Source: Bacteroidaceae bacterium (GTDB lineage: Bacteria > Bacteroidota > Bacteroidia > Bacteroidales > Bacteroidaceae). From it: 64,000 bases of DNA. A program made the translations under genes and the position numbers. The stretch is from assembly GCA_045647745.1 (NCBI GenBank), contig JAZRMQ010000047.1, positions 11,766-75,765 of the forward strand. Direction: 5' to 3'. Every line of letters begins with the position of its first letter. The stretch's first letter is position 1. Positions 9,258-19,575 of the stretch are shown piece by piece. The notes under the pieces were generated by a model. That model worked only from the letters and a program-made list of their open reading frames with translations, was not told the origin of the DNA and searched no databases.

Positions 9258-9332
9258 CGCTGCTTATGCGCCCGCGAGCGTGGCACCTGCGCGCGAAGCG
9301 GATTAATTCTGTCAAAATTAAAAAATATTAAT

Positions 9333-11951
9333 ATGCTCACATCGAAAGAAATTAGAGATTCATTCAAAAAGTTTTTTGAAGAGAAGGGACACTTGATTGT
9401 TCCTTCGGCACCTATGGTTGTGAAAGACGACCCTACGCTGATGTTTACCAATGCTGGTATGAACCAGTTTAAGGATATTATACTTGGTAATGCTCCGGCA
9501 AAGAGCAAGCGCGTAGCCGACTCGCAAAAGTGTCTCCGTGTAAGCGGTAAGCACAATGACCTTGAGGAGGTGGGACACGATACTTATCACCACACAATGT
9601 TCGAGATGCTTGGTAACTGGTCGTTTGGCGATTATTTCAAGGAGGATGCCATCAACTGGGCGTGGGAGTATTTGACACAGGTTGTCAAGCTCGACCCTGA
9701 ACGTATGTATGCAACAGTGTTCGAGGGTTGTGAGGCCGAAGGCCTTGAGCGCGATAATGAGGCTGCAGCTATTTGGGAAAAGCACTTGCCAGCCGAGCGC
9801 ATTATCAATGGTAATCACAAGGATAACTTCTGGGAGATGGGCGACACAGGTCCTTGCGGCCCCTGTTCCGAGATACATATTGACCTTCGTAGCGATGAGG
9901 AGAGAGCAAAAATAAATGGTCGCGACCTTGTAAACGGTTCTCATCCACAGGTTATTGAAATTTGGAACCTTGTGTTTATGCAGTTTAATCGTATGGCTGA
10001 TGGTCATCTCGAGGAGCTTCCGGCAAAGGTTATCGACACCGGTATGGGCTTTGAGCGTCTTTGTATGGCACTTCAGGGCAAACAGTCGAATTATGACACA
10101 GATGTGTTCCAGCCAATTATCAAGGCTATTGGCGAGGTGTCGGGAAAAAGATACGGTTGTGATGCTCAGGTAGATGTGGCAATGCGTGTTATTGCCGACC
10201 ATATTAGAACAATCTCTTTCTCAATCACCGATGGTCAGTTGCCATCAAATGCCAAGGCCGGCTATGTGATTCGTCGCATCTTGCGTCGTGCGGTGCGTTA
10301 CGGCTACACATTCCTTGGACAAAAACAGGCATTTATGCACAAACTTGTGCCCGCATTGATTGAGAATATGGGAGATGCTTATCCCGAATTGAAACAGCAG
10401 CAAGAGCTCATCACAAAGGTTATAAAGGAAGAGGAGGACTCTTTCCTTCGCACTTTGGAGACCGGTATGGGTATGCTCGATAAGATAATTGCAACAGCAA
10501 AGGCTGCCGGTAACAGCGAGATTAGCGGTGTTGAGGCATTTACGCTCTACGATACTTTTGGTTTTCCAATTGACCTTACACAGTTGATTTTGCGAGAGAG
10601 CAATCTTGCTGTAAATATGGCTCAGTTCGACGAGGAGATGCAAAAGCAAAAGTCACGCGCACGCAACGCTGCTGCAGTGGAGAATGGTGACTGGGTGGTT
10701 GTCAGCGAGGGCGAGAGTGTTTTTGTGGGATATGATAACACCGAGTGCGCTACAACAATTTTGCGTTACCGTCAGACAAAGCAAAAGAATCAGACCTACT
10801 ATCAAGTGGTGCTCAAAGAGACTCCTTTCTATGCCGAGAGTGGTGGTCAGGTGGGTGACACCGGTTATCTTGTCTGTGGCGATGAGCGCATCGAGGTGGT
10901 TGATACAAAGAAAGAGAACAATTTGCCGATACATATAACAAAGCAGTTGCCTGCTGAGCCCGCAGCCGAGTTTGTTGCTGAGGTTGACAAGGCAAAGCGT
11001 GCCGCTTGCGCTGCTAACCACTCTTGTACTCACCTGCTCGATCAGGCTTTGCGTCAGGTGCTGGGTACTCACGTCGAGCAAAAAGGTTCGCTTGTTACTC
11101 CCGATGGTATTCGTTTCGACTTCTCACACTTCCAAAAGGTTACCGATGAGGAGATTGAGCAGGTTGAGCGCATTGTCAATGCGCGTATCCGCGAGAATAT
11201 TCCTTTGACCGACTATCGTAACATCCCCATCGAGGAGGCTAAGAAGCTTGGAGCAATCGCTCTCTTTGGTGAAAAGTATGGCGATCACGTGCGTGTTGTA
11301 AAATTCGGCTCATCTATTGAGTTCTGTGGCGGTACACACGTTGCTTCTACCGGTAATATCGGTATGGTGAAGATTGTTAGCGAAAGCTCTGTCGCTGCGG
11401 GAGTGCGCCGCATCGAGGCTATCACAGGCGAGGCGCTTGAGAATCACAATTATAAGTTGCAGAACCTTTTGAAAGAGATTCAGGCTCTGTTCAATAATGT
11501 TCCTAACCTCAAGGCTACTATCGTTAAGTCTATTGCCGAGAATGCCGAACTGAAAAAAGAGATTGAGGCTTATGCAAAGGAGAAGGCAGCAATGGTTAAA
11601 GCCGATTTGCTCAAGGATATTAAGGAACTTGACGGTATTCGTTACATTAGCTCTGTGCTTCCTTTGGCTCCTGCAACTGTGAAGGATATTGTGTTTATGT
11701 TGCGTCAGGAACAGCCTGAGAATTTGCTTGTTGTTGTCGGCAGTGTCTACAACGAGAAGCCGCAGTTGACAATTTCGGTTAGTGCCGACCTTGTGGAGAA
11801 GGGCTTGAATGCCGGCAAGATTGTTGGTCAGGCTGCACGCGAGATGCAGGGTGGCGGTGGCGGTCAGGCTCACTTTGCACAGGCGGGTGGAAAGAATCCT
11901 GCAGGTGTAACGGCTGCTATCGACAAAGTCTTTGAGATTATCAAAGGATAA
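9333..11951 (+). CDS. alaS: Alanine--tRNA ligase
   Basis: Canonical N-terminus [20 protein letters not shown], class II core, editing-domain HxxxH...CGGTH, C-terminal DHHA1-like GGGGQ. The track ORF starts at TTG 9255; ATG 9333 is preferred. Confidence 0.97.
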   Translation: MLTSKEIRDSFKKFFEEKGHLIVPSAPMVVKDDPTLMFTNAGMNQFKDIILGNAPAKSKRVADSQKCLRVSGKHNDLEEVGHDTYHHTMFEMLGNWSFGDYFKEDAINWAWEYLTQVVKLDPERMYATVFEGCEAEGLERDNEAAAIWEKHLPAERIINGNHKDNFWEMGDTGPCGPCSEIHIDLRSDEERAKINGRDLVNGSHPQVIEIWNLVFMQFNRMADGHLEELPAKVIDTGMGFERLCMALQGKQSNYDTDVFQPIIKAIGEVSGKRYGCDAQVDVAMRVIADHIRTISFSITDGQLPSNAKAGYVIRRILRRAVRYGYTFLGQKQAFMHKLVPALIENMGDAYPELKQQQELITKVIKEEEDSFLRTLETGMGMLDKIIATAKAAGNSEISGVEAFTLYDTFGFPIDLTQLILRESNLAVNMAQFDEEMQKQKSRARNAAAVENGDWVVVSEGESVFVGYDNTECATTILRYRQTKQKNQTYYQVVLKETPFYAESGGQVGDTGYLVCGDERIEVVDTKKENNLPIHITKQLPAEPAAEFVAEVDKAKRAACAANHSCTHLLDQALRQVLGTHVEQKGSLVTPDGIRFDFSHFQKVTDEEIEQVERIVNARIRENIPLTDYRNIPIEEAKKLGAIALFGEKYGDHVRVVKFGSSIEFCGGTHVASTGNIGMVKIVSESSVAAGVRRIEAITGEALENHNYKLQNLLKEIQALFNNVPNLKATIVKSIAENAELKKEIEAYAKEKAAMVKADLLKDIKELDGIRYISSVLPLAPATVKDIVFMLRQEQPENLLVVVGSVYNEKPQLTISVSADLVEKGLNAGKIVGQAAREMQGGGGGQAHFAQAGGKNPAGVTAAIDKVFEIIKG

Positions 11952-11968
11952 TAATAGTCCTGTTTTAT

Positions 11969-12010
11969 AAAAAAGTTCCGGAGCGTTATAACACCGCTCC
12001 GGAATTTTTT
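11969..12010. terminator. Bidirectional intrinsic terminator
   Basis: TTCCGGAGCG-ttataacac-CGCTCCGGAA, flanked by an A-run and a T-run, between convergent alaS and the helicase. Confidence 0.85.
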
Positions 12011-12011
12011 A

Positions 12012-13433
12012 TTATACTTTCCAATTTACAAGATGCAGCTTTTCGCTTGCACGTGTGAAGGCTGTGTAGAGCCAACGATAATAGTCGGGAGAAATCATCT
12101 CTTCGCTAATGTATCCTTGGTCAATAAAAACTCTTTTCCACTCGCCGCCTTGTGCTTTGTGGCAGGTGACAGCGTAGCCATATTTCACTTGCAGGGCGTT
12201 GTAGTATGGGTTTTGACGGATTTTTTCCATTCGTTTGCGCTTTGAACGAATTTCGGGATAATCCTCCCACACAGCGTTGAAAAGTTGTTCGTTTTCCTCT
12301 CTTGTCAATGACGGCGATTCGCTTGTGAGGGTGTTGAGCATAATCTTTACATCAATCTCACAATCCTCGTAGTCGATTAAAGATAGTGTTACGTCGGCAA
12401 AACGAAAACCATACATCTCCTCTGTACCGTGTACGCGTACAATTTCGGCAATGTCGCCATTGGCTATAAAATCAAGTTTTTCAAGCAGTGTCTTATCCTC
12501 TTTACCAAGCTCTTCGCGCCAATAATAGTTGTTCTTTACAATCATCAGCATATCTCCTCGGCTCAACTCCTCTTCGCGGTAGAGAATGCGGCGGCGTATA
12601 CCTTCATTGTATACATTCGCGCGTTTGTTTGAGCGGCAGAGAATTATTGTTTCGTCAATGCCGGCTTTGTTGTAGCTTGTCTCAATGGCTTCGATAAGCT
12701 CCTCGCCCTGCACGTTGCAGATATCTGAAAAACCTTTTAGTGTTATTTGGGGCAGGTTGTATGTCTCGTCTTCTTCAATCTTCTGTCGCAGCATAGTGGC
12801 GTTGTACAGAATTCCCGAGTCGTCGAGCTGTCGCATAACCTGTTTTAGTTCAATGGAGGTTACGTTAAGGAACATTGAGCGTAGATAGCTCTCGGTTAGC
12901 GCCGGTGATTGAATCTCACCAACAGGGGGGAGCTGAGCTGTGTCGCCAAGCAATAGCATTGAACAGCCTCGCCCCGAGTAGATGAACTCTATAAGGTCGT
13001 CGAGCAACCCGTTTGAACAGGTCATTGCATTGCCGTCATTTGAAATCATCGATGCCTCGTCTACGATGAACAGCGTGTTTTGTGCTCTATTATCGGTGAG
13101 GGTAAATGTGGTACTGTCCATTATAGACTTTTGGCGATAGATGCATTTGTGGATGGTGTGCGCACTCTTTCCCGAGTATGCCGAAAAGACTTTTGCTGCT
13201 CTGCCGGTGGGGGCGAGCAATGTGGTCTTTCGCTCAAGCTGCTCCATTGTGCGCACAAGCGCTGATATTAGCGAAGTCTTTCCGGTGCCGGCATATCCAC
13301 ACAGCAAGAATACTTTGCGGTCATCACCCGAGAGGATAAATTCAGACAATTTATCTATTGCATCTTTCTGCTCTGCGGTTGGAGTGAACGGGAAATTTGA
13401 TTTTATTTGTGAAGCTAAATATTTGTTAATCAC
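12012..13433 (-). CDS. RecD/PIF1-like superfamily I ATP-dependent DNA helicase
   Basis: 473 aa. Walker A GYAGTGKTS, Walker B FIVDEASM, LLLGDTAQLPPV, and a C-terminal UvrD_C_2-like YAVTCHKAQGGEW. Confidence 0.85.
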   Translation of the reverse strand: MINKYLASQIKSNFPFTPTAEQKDAIDKLSEFILSGDDRKVFLLCGYAGTGKTSLISALVRTMEQLERKTTLLAPTGRAAKVFSAYSGKSAHTIHKCIYRQKSIMDSTTFTLTDNRAQNTLFIVDEASMISNDGNAMTCSNGLLDDLIEFIYSGRGCSMLLLGDTAQLPPVGEIQSPALTESYLRSMFLNVTSIELKQVMRQLDDSGILYNATMLRQKIEEDETYNLPQITLKGFSDICNVQGEELIEAIETSYNKAGIDETIILCRSNKRANVYNEGIRRRILYREEELSRGDMLMIVKNNYYWREELGKEDKTLLEKLDFIANGDIAEIVRVHGTEEMYGFRFADVTLSLIDYEDCEIDVKIMLNTLTSESPSLTREENEQLFNAVWEDYPEIRSKRKRMEKIRQNPYYNALQVKYGYAVTCHKAQGGEWKRVFIDQGYISEEMISPDYYRWLYTAFTRASEKLHLVNWKV

Positions 13434-13562
13434 CTGTGTCGTTGTCTAAAGTTATATAAAAAACAGCCTGTTTAAAATGCGGAAAACTGCGCTGCGGAAA
13501 TTTAAACAGCCTCCCGATTGTAAAAAAGTTATATAAAATAATGTATATTCGTTTTTTTATCT

Positions 13563-13570
13563 TATTTTTG
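13563..13570 (+). promoter_or_regulatory. Candidate -7 box TATTTTTG
   Basis: Exact TAnnTTTG match 35 bp upstream of the ATG at 13605. Confidence 0.4.
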
Positions 13571-13604
13571 TGACACGAAAATAATTAAATAAAAAGATAT
13601 AACA

Positions 13605-14579
13605 ATGAAAAAAGTATTAAATGTAGTTTTGCTTTGTCTTGTCATTGCGCTTGTTTATGCAAACTTTAGTAGCGTAAATGCGCCACTCGATTTCGACAAG
13701 CAGCGTGTTGAGCGTGATCAGGTTGTCATTGAGCGCCTTATTGACATTAGAACAGCGCAGGTGGAGTATCGTGCGCAGAACGGCAGATATGCAGCTACTT
13801 TTGACGAATTGATCTCTTTCCTCGATGACAGTATGAAGGTTGTGAACAAGACCTACATCCTCAATGACAAGCAGTTGGCATTGGTTAGAGATTTTAAGGT
13901 TGAGGATACAAAACCAAAGGATGCTGATGCAATGTCTTTCTCCGAGGATGAGGCCGACCAGATTGTCCTCAATATCCTTGCCGATGACAACAAGAAAAAC
14001 CAGCAGAAGAATGCTAAGAGAATTGAAAGACTTGATGCCTTGTATCGTCGCGACACAATTATGGTTATGAGCGTTGATACAGTTGTTGTTGATGGTGTTG
14101 AGAGACTTGATACAACAATGAAACCGGTTGTTGACGCTACAATGATTGCCGAAGCCTTCCATCGCGATACAATCCGTTTGGCATACGTTGATACTCTATA
14201 TCACAACTCGGCTTATGATATTCAGCAGTTGAGATATATCCCATTCAGTCAGGATAGCACTGGTGCACCAATTGAGTTTGTTCTAAAGGCAGATAGTATT
14301 CAGCCAAATGCTCAGGCTAACCGCAAGGCTGGTGGTTACATTCAGGTATTTGAGGCACGCGCCGATTTTGTACACTACCTCAAGGGCTTGAACGAGCAGG
14401 AACTTAACAACTATCTTTTGCAGGTTGTTACCAATGGAACAGAGTATAGAGAGGAACTCCGACTCGACAAGAATGGCGAGCCTTTGATGGGTGCTAATGG
14501 TGTGCTCAAGAGACTTATCCCTTGTCGCAAGGTTGGTGACGTTACCAAGAATAACAACAACGCTGGTAACTGGCCCTAA
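13605..14579 (+). CDS. Membrane-anchored hypothetical protein with a pseudopilin-like N-terminal helix
   Basis: 324 aa. An N-terminal TM helix is followed by RLIDIRTAQVEYRAQNGRYAATFDELISFL, which resembles the GspG/pilin alpha1-C motif. No prepilin G|F..E cleavage site. Confidence 0.6.
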   Translation: MKKVLNVVLLCLVIALVYANFSSVNAPLDFDKQRVERDQVVIERLIDIRTAQVEYRAQNGRYAATFDELISFLDDSMKVVNKTYILNDKQLALVRDFKVEDTKPKDADAMSFSEDEADQIVLNILADDNKKNQQKNAKRIERLDALYRRDTIMVMSVDTVVVDGVERLDTTMKPVVDATMIAEAFHRDTIRLAYVDTLYHNSAYDIQQLRYIPFSQDSTGAPIEFVLKADSIQPNAQANRKAGGYIQVFEARADFVHYLKGLNEQELNNYLLQVVTNGTEYREELRLDKNGEPLMGANGVLKRLIPCRKVGDVTKNNNNAGNWP

Positions 14580-14584
14580 TCAGA

Positions 14585-15388
14585 ATGGTAAAGGATAACA
14601 TTCAAAATAAAACATTATCCATTCGTATCAGTACGGATGGATTTTGTTTTTGCAGCTATACACCATCGTTGCCAGAGTCGCTAAAATATTTCTTCTATAA
14701 ACCCGAGAAGGGGCTAACGCTGACAATAAATCTACAAAAGGCTGTCGAGCAATGCCCGTTTATTTCGCTGGGCGAGCATTATGATGTTAAGGTTATTGTA
14801 GAGACCGAAGAGTTTACTACAATACCGGTTGAATATGATGATAAGCAGGATTATAAACCTTTCTATCGTCTATGCTTCCCAAAAAACGATGCACGAGTGG
14901 AGATTGTAGCCAATAGATTAACGGCTCAGGGGGTGACAGTGCTGTTTCCCGTAGAAAAGTCTCTGTATGAGCGCTTGCAACAGCTTGGCGACATTACATT
15001 CTATTCTACATTGAGTATATTGCTTGGCTTAATGACAAGTAAACCGGTAGCCGAGGAGCGTTATATGCTTGCCTTCTTTCAGGGTAACCTTTCATTTTTT
15101 ATCTCAATACAAGATGGCCGCTTGAGGCTTGCCAATGCCTTCAGATGCGATGATGGACAAGATGCAATATATTATCTGTTGAGTATATGGAAAGAGCAGG
15201 GCTTGTCGCAAGAGGATGATACGCTCTATCTTTGTGGCGACAAGGGGGTTGAGCAGAATATGCTGACTATCGGGCGCTTTATAAATAGGTGTAAGCGTAT
15301 GAATGCGAATGAGCTTTTTCCCTCGACTTTGTTGAACAAGATGGAGGGTATTCCCTTTGATTTACAGTCATTGATACTATGCGAATAA
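14585..15388 (+). CDS. DUF3822 family protein
   Basis: 267 aa. LSIRISTDGFCFCSY at the N-terminus is typical of DUF3822. Conserved position upstream of rsmD. Confidence 0.7.
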   Translation: MVKDNIQNKTLSIRISTDGFCFCSYTPSLPESLKYFFYKPEKGLTLTINLQKAVEQCPFISLGEHYDVKVIVETEEFTTIPVEYDDKQDYKPFYRLCFPKNDARVEIVANRLTAQGVTVLFPVEKSLYERLQQLGDITFYSTLSILLGLMTSKPVAEERYMLAFFQGNLSFFISIQDGRLRLANAFRCDDGQDAIYYLLSIWKEQGLSQEDDTLYLCGDKGVEQNMLTIGRFINRCKRMNANELFPSTLLNKMEGIPFDLQSLILCE

Positions 15389-15915
15389 TTAGTGGAAAAT
15401 ATAAAGGTCGTCATTTTGATGTGCCCCGAAATTTCAAGGCACGTCCTACGACCGATTTTGCCAAGGAGAACCTTTTTAATATCCTTGCCAATATTGTTGA
15501 TTTTGAAGAGATGTCAGTGCTCGATTTTTTTGCCGGCACTGGTAGCATCAGTCTTGAATTTCTTTCGCGCGGGTGCTTGGCAGTTACCTCTGTCGAGATG
15601 GATGCGCAGCACGTAGCACACCTTAAGAAAACAGCAGCAGTTCTTGGCGATGATGCTTGGAGTGTTGTGCGTGACGATGTCTTTCGCTATATTCGTCGTT
15701 GTCCGGCGGCTTATGATATTGTCTTTGCCGATCCTCCATACGCCCTGAAGGAGCTTAAGGATATTCCCGACCTTGTGCTTGCCGGAGGGCTGCTGAAGAG
15801 TGGTGGTATATTGGTCTTTGAGCACGGCAAGGATAATGATTTTAGTGCACACCCCAATTTCTTTAGGCACGTTGCATACGGTAGTGTGAATTTTAGCTTT
15901 TTCGAGAAAAAGTGA
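15379..15915 (+). CDS. rsmD: 16S rRNA (guanine(966)-N(2))-methyltransferase RsmD
   Basis: MRIISGKYKGR..., SAM motif LDFFAGTGS, catalytic DPPY. Overlaps the upstream gene by 10 nt. Confidence 0.9.
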   Translation: MRIISGKYKGRHFDVPRNFKARPTTDFAKENLFNILANIVDFEEMSVLDFFAGTGSISLEFLSRGCLAVTSVEMDAQHVAHLKKTAAVLGDDAWSVVRDDVFRYIRRCPAAYDIVFADPPYALKELKDIPDLVLAGGLLKSGGILVFEHGKDNDFSAHPNFFRHVAYGSVNFSFFEKK

Positions 15916-15935
15916 GAGATATAATAAAGTTGAAC

Positions 15936-15965
15936 AAAAAATGCAGGCTTTTGCCTGCATTTTTT
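15936..15965. terminator. Bidirectional intrinsic terminator
   Basis: AAAAAATGCAGGC-tttt-GCCTGCATTTTTT lies between convergent rsmD and relA/spoT. Confidence 0.85.
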
Positions 15966-15968
15966 GTT

Positions 15969-18206
15969 CTATCCGATACGTGCAATGGTTTTTATGTTGT
16001 TGATTTTTTTCAAATTCTCACAGATATTCTTTACATCCTGAACGTCGTGCACATTTACCCAAAATGTTCCTTCAAAGATTCCGTTATTGCTCTCAATGTG
16101 CATCTTTTGTATGTTGGCATTTAACTGCTGTGAGATTATGGTTGTAATCTGGTGCAGAATACCCATATCATCTATGCCGGTTATCTGGATGGGGACGACA
16201 AAATAGAGTTGTTTGTGTGTCTCCCAAGTGGCTGCCAATATTCGGTCGCCGTGACTGCTTTTCAGGGTGTTTGCAACGTGGCAGTTACGCTTGTGGATGA
16301 TAATCTGTTTCTGTTCATTGTAGTACCCCAGCACATCATCGCCCGGTATTGGATGGCAACAGTCGGCAATGATATATCCGTTTTTCAGGTTCTCTTCGGT
16401 GAGGTTTATTGGTGTCTTATGGTCCAGAATATCGTAACTCTTTACCTCTTTGTTCTCCTCCTCCTTCTTTTTATCGCGGTTGAATGAGAACAGTGATTGA
16501 AGGCTGAATTTCTTGTTCCCAAGCAGTGTGTCTTTATCCTCGTTGCCTAATATCACAGTTCCTTTGCCAATGGCTACAAGCAGCTCGTCGCGGTCGTTGA
16601 GTTTGTGTAACTTCCACAACTTTTCGATATTTCCCAGATAATTGCTTAATCCCTCTTTTTCAAGGAAGAGGTTCAGTTTTTCTTCACCTTCTCTTTGCAA
16701 GATGCGCTGTTGACGGCGCAGCTCGGCCTGTATCTTTGCGCGCGCTTTTGCTGTGGTTACGAATGACAGCCAGCTATCATCGACGCGCGATGAGTTTGAG
16801 GTAAGAATCTCTACTTGGTCGCCACTTTGCAGCTGGTGGCTCATTGGCACAAGCCTGTGATTGACTTTTGCACCAATGCAATGGTTGCCGAGGAATGTGT
16901 GTATGCTGTATGCAAGGTCCAGTGCAGTACAATTCTGCGGCATTGTCTTTATCTCGCCCTTTGGGGTAAAGACAAAAATTTCGGTTGCGTAGAGGTTGAG
17001 CTTGATGGTGTCGAGGAAATCGAGCGCGTTAGGCTGTGGGTCATCAAGAATCTCTTTTATGGTGTGCAACCAATTCTCGAGCTGGTCGTCGTTGGTGTTG
17101 TCGTTCTCACTCTTGTATTTCCAATGTGCGGCAATACCTCTCTCGGCGACTTCATTCATCTTTTCGCTACGAATCTGAACCTCTATCCACTCGCCGCGTT
17201 GGCTCATAAAGGTTGCGTGCAGCGCTTTGTATCCGTTTGCTCGTGGCTTGTTAACCCAATCGCGCAATCGGTCGGGGTGGGCGTTATATAGCTTTGTGAG
17301 GGCGATATAAATATTAAAACACTCGTTGTTCTCGTTCTCTCCATCGCGTGGAGTGAATATGATGCGCACGGCAAGAATATCAAAGATATCCTCGAATGCC
17401 ACGTGCTTTTTTTGCATCTTGTTCCAGATGGAGTAGGGAGATTTTACACGGCCTATGATGTGGTATTTCAATCCCATTGCGTCCAGTTGCTCGCAGATGG
17501 GTTGTGTGAACTCATTGTAAAGAATATCACGCTCGTTTTGCGTCTTTTCGATTTTCTTCTCTATGCGTGCATACTCTTCGGGGTGTTCGTATTTGAAGCT
17601 CAAATTCTCAAGCTCGGTCTTTATTCGGCTTAGTCCCAAGCGGTAGGCGATAGGGGCATAAATGTACAATGTCTCTCCCGCAATCTTGTACTGCTTGTTT
17701 ATCTGCATATATTTCAGTGTGCGCATATTATGCAGACGGTCGGCGATTTTTATGAGTATAACACGTATATCCTCGCTCATTGTGAGCAGGAGCTTTTTAA
17801 AATTCTCAGCTTGCTGTGATGCGTGTGCGCCGAACACTCCTCCCGAGATTTTTGTAAGGCCGTCAACAATGTCGGCAATCTTGTCGCCAAAGAGGTTGCG
17901 TATATCTTCGATGGTGTAGTCTGTATCTTCAACAACGTCGTGTAGCAGAGCAGCACAGATAGATGTTGAGCCAAGGCCAATCTCTTTGCATACAATGCGT
18001 GCTACGGCAAGTGGGTGCATTATGTAGGGCTCACCGCTGTGTCGTTTGACGCCACGATGTGCCTGACGAGCAAAATTAAATGCTTTTGTTATCAGTTCAA
18101 CTTTTTTGCGATGCTGGGATGCCAGATAAATATCCAGCAATTCCTGAAAGGCGGCATTTATTGCAGCCTCTTCATCAATGCTTTTTATCTCGTCGTAGTT
18201 CTCCAT
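15969..18206 (-). CDS. relA: Bifunctional (p)ppGpp synthetase/hydrolase (RelA/SpoT homologue)
   Basis: 745 aa. HD domain (HRGVKRHSGEPYIMHPL...LLHDVVEDT), a synthetase domain, TGS, and C-terminal ACT-like domains. Confidence 0.95.
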   Translation of the reverse strand: MENYDEIKSIDEEAAINAAFQELLDIYLASQHRKKVELITKAFNFARQAHRGVKRHSGEPYIMHPLAVARIVCKEIGLGSTSICAALLHDVVEDTDYTIEDIRNLFGDKIADIVDGLTKISGGVFGAHASQQAENFKKLLLTMSEDIRVILIKIADRLHNMRTLKYMQINKQYKIAGETLYIYAPIAYRLGLSRIKTELENLSFKYEHPEEYARIEKKIEKTQNERDILYNEFTQPICEQLDAMGLKYHIIGRVKSPYSIWNKMQKKHVAFEDIFDILAVRIIFTPRDGENENNECFNIYIALTKLYNAHPDRLRDWVNKPRANGYKALHATFMSQRGEWIEVQIRSEKMNEVAERGIAAHWKYKSENDNTNDDQLENWLHTIKEILDDPQPNALDFLDTIKLNLYATEIFVFTPKGEIKTMPQNCTALDLAYSIHTFLGNHCIGAKVNHRLVPMSHQLQSGDQVEILTSNSSRVDDSWLSFVTTAKARAKIQAELRRQQRILQREGEEKLNLFLEKEGLSNYLGNIEKLWKLHKLNDRDELLVAIGKGTVILGNEDKDTLLGNKKFSLQSLFSFNRDKKKEEENKEVKSYDILDHKTPINLTEENLKNGYIIADCCHPIPGDDVLGYYNEQKQIIIHKRNCHVANTLKSSHGDRILAATWETHKQLYFVVPIQITGIDDMGILHQITTIISQQLNANIQKMHIESNNGIFEGTFWVNVHDVQDVKNICENLKKINNIKTIARIG

Positions 18207-18210
18207 TGCA

Positions 18211-19569
18211 TTACTTGTAAATTCTCAGATATTTGCCCGCACGAATGTTCGAATTGCGCAAATTGTTCCATTTCATAATCTGCTTCACCGAAACTCGATA
18301 TTTTAGAGCAATAGCTCCTAATGTTTCACCATTTTTGATTTTGTGACGTATGAGATTACCTGCTCCGTTATTCTCTTTTGCCTCTTTGAGCATCTTTTCA
18401 ATGTCGCTCTTTGGGAAATATTTATCGGCATTGTGCTTGTAGACGGTGTCCTCTTTTTCAATAAACTTTGTTACGGAGTTGTTTGTCAGGCGCAATATAT
18501 AGGTCTCATTTTCTCCGGGGATAATATCTTTCAAATATTGAGGGTTCAGGGTGCGTATCTCTTCAATATCAATTCCGCACACCTCTGCAATTTGATTAAA
18601 GTGAAGGTTCTTGTTTATTTGTATTGTGTCTGTTGTTACGGGCAGGTTGGGCTCCATTGGGCATATTCCGTGGTCTTCGTAATATGTCATTATGTAGCTT
18701 GCTGCAATAAAGCCGGGTAGGTAACCGCGTGTCTCGCGTGGCAGCCAAGGATATATTTTCCAAAAGTCGGTATTTCCGCCTGAACGCTTGATGGCTTTCT
18801 TGATATTGCCCGGGCCGCAGTTGTAGGCTGCAATGGCAAGTTCCCAGCTTTGGAACATATCGTAGAGGTCCTTCAAATAGAGCAGGGCTGCTTTTGTCGA
18901 TTTTGCCGGGTCAAAGCGCTCGTCGATATAGTTATTTGCCTTTAAATCGTACAGTTTACCTGTGGTGAACATAAATTGCCACAATCCTTTGGCGCCCATT
19001 CTTGATGCGGCTCTTGGGTTCATTGCCGATTCAATTATTGGCAGATATTTTAGCTCGTGTGGCACGCCAAGGCGGTCAATCTCCTCTTCGATTATGGGAA
19101 AATAGTATTCCGAAATTCCAAGCAGATACGATACTTGTGAGCGTCCGTTCTTTGTGTAGCGGTCGATGCAAGCGCGCACCATATTATTGTAGGGCATTCT
19201 GACAATTGTGGGCAGTGCCGCCAAACGTTTGGCGTACATTGTATCTGTTATGGGGATTGACTCCGAACCATCGCAGTCGAGTTTGTTGAGCATATTGCGT
19301 GCTTGCCAACTATTCAACAGGCTGTCGATATTGGCATTCATACTCTCCGGGATTTCAAAAGTGTAGCCGTTGCCAGTCATTGTGTCAAGGTCTACCTCGT
19401 ATTTCACATTGGTGGCAATGGTTTGCGGTGTGGTATATGGTATCCAAATGCTGTCGGCAATCTCTTCGCTCGCTACCTCCTCAACTTTTTGTGTGCTTTT
19501 GAATAGGTTGCAGGAGTGTAGTGTGACAAGAGCTGCCAAAATGGTTATTATGGTTTTTATTCTCTTCAT
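18211..19569 (-). CDS. Lytic murein transglycosylase (MltD-like) with a C-terminal LysM domain
   Basis: SLT motif ESAMNPRAASRMGAKGLWQF and LysM HKIKNGETLGAIALKYRVSVKQIMKWNNL. Confidence 0.9.
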   Translation of the reverse strand: MKRIKTIITILAALVTLHSCNLFKSTQKVEEVASEEIADSIWIPYTTPQTIATNVKYEVDLDTMTGNGYTFEIPESMNANIDSLLNSWQARNMLNKLDCDGSESIPITDTMYAKRLAALPTIVRMPYNNMVRACIDRYTKNGRSQVSYLLGISEYYFPIIEEEIDRLGVPHELKYLPIIESAMNPRAASRMGAKGLWQFMFTTGKLYDLKANNYIDERFDPAKSTKAALLYLKDLYDMFQSWELAIAAYNCGPGNIKKAIKRSGGNTDFWKIYPWLPRETRGYLPGFIAASYIMTYYEDHGICPMEPNLPVTTDTIQINKNLHFNQIAEVCGIDIEEIRTLNPQYLKDIIPGENETYILRLTNNSVTKFIEKEDTVYKHNADKYFPKSDIEKMLKEAKENNGAGNLIRHKIKNGETLGAIALKYRVSVKQIMKWNNLRNSNIRAGKYLRIYK

Positions 19570-19575
19570 TGTGTA

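Noticed and set aside
9255-9332. 5' extensions of track ORFs: alaS from TTG 9255; also 5568-5606, 8133-8189, 31741-31809, 38527-38535 and 59305-59310.
   Set aside because: In each case a downstream ATG gives the canonical family N-terminus or signal peptide. Several extensions start at TTG or GTG, overlap the neighbouring gene, or contain the predicted -7 box.
9360-10202. A 280-aa ORF antisense to alaS.
   Set aside because: It is in the codon-aligned antisense frame of an unambiguous housekeeping gene, and no motif is present.
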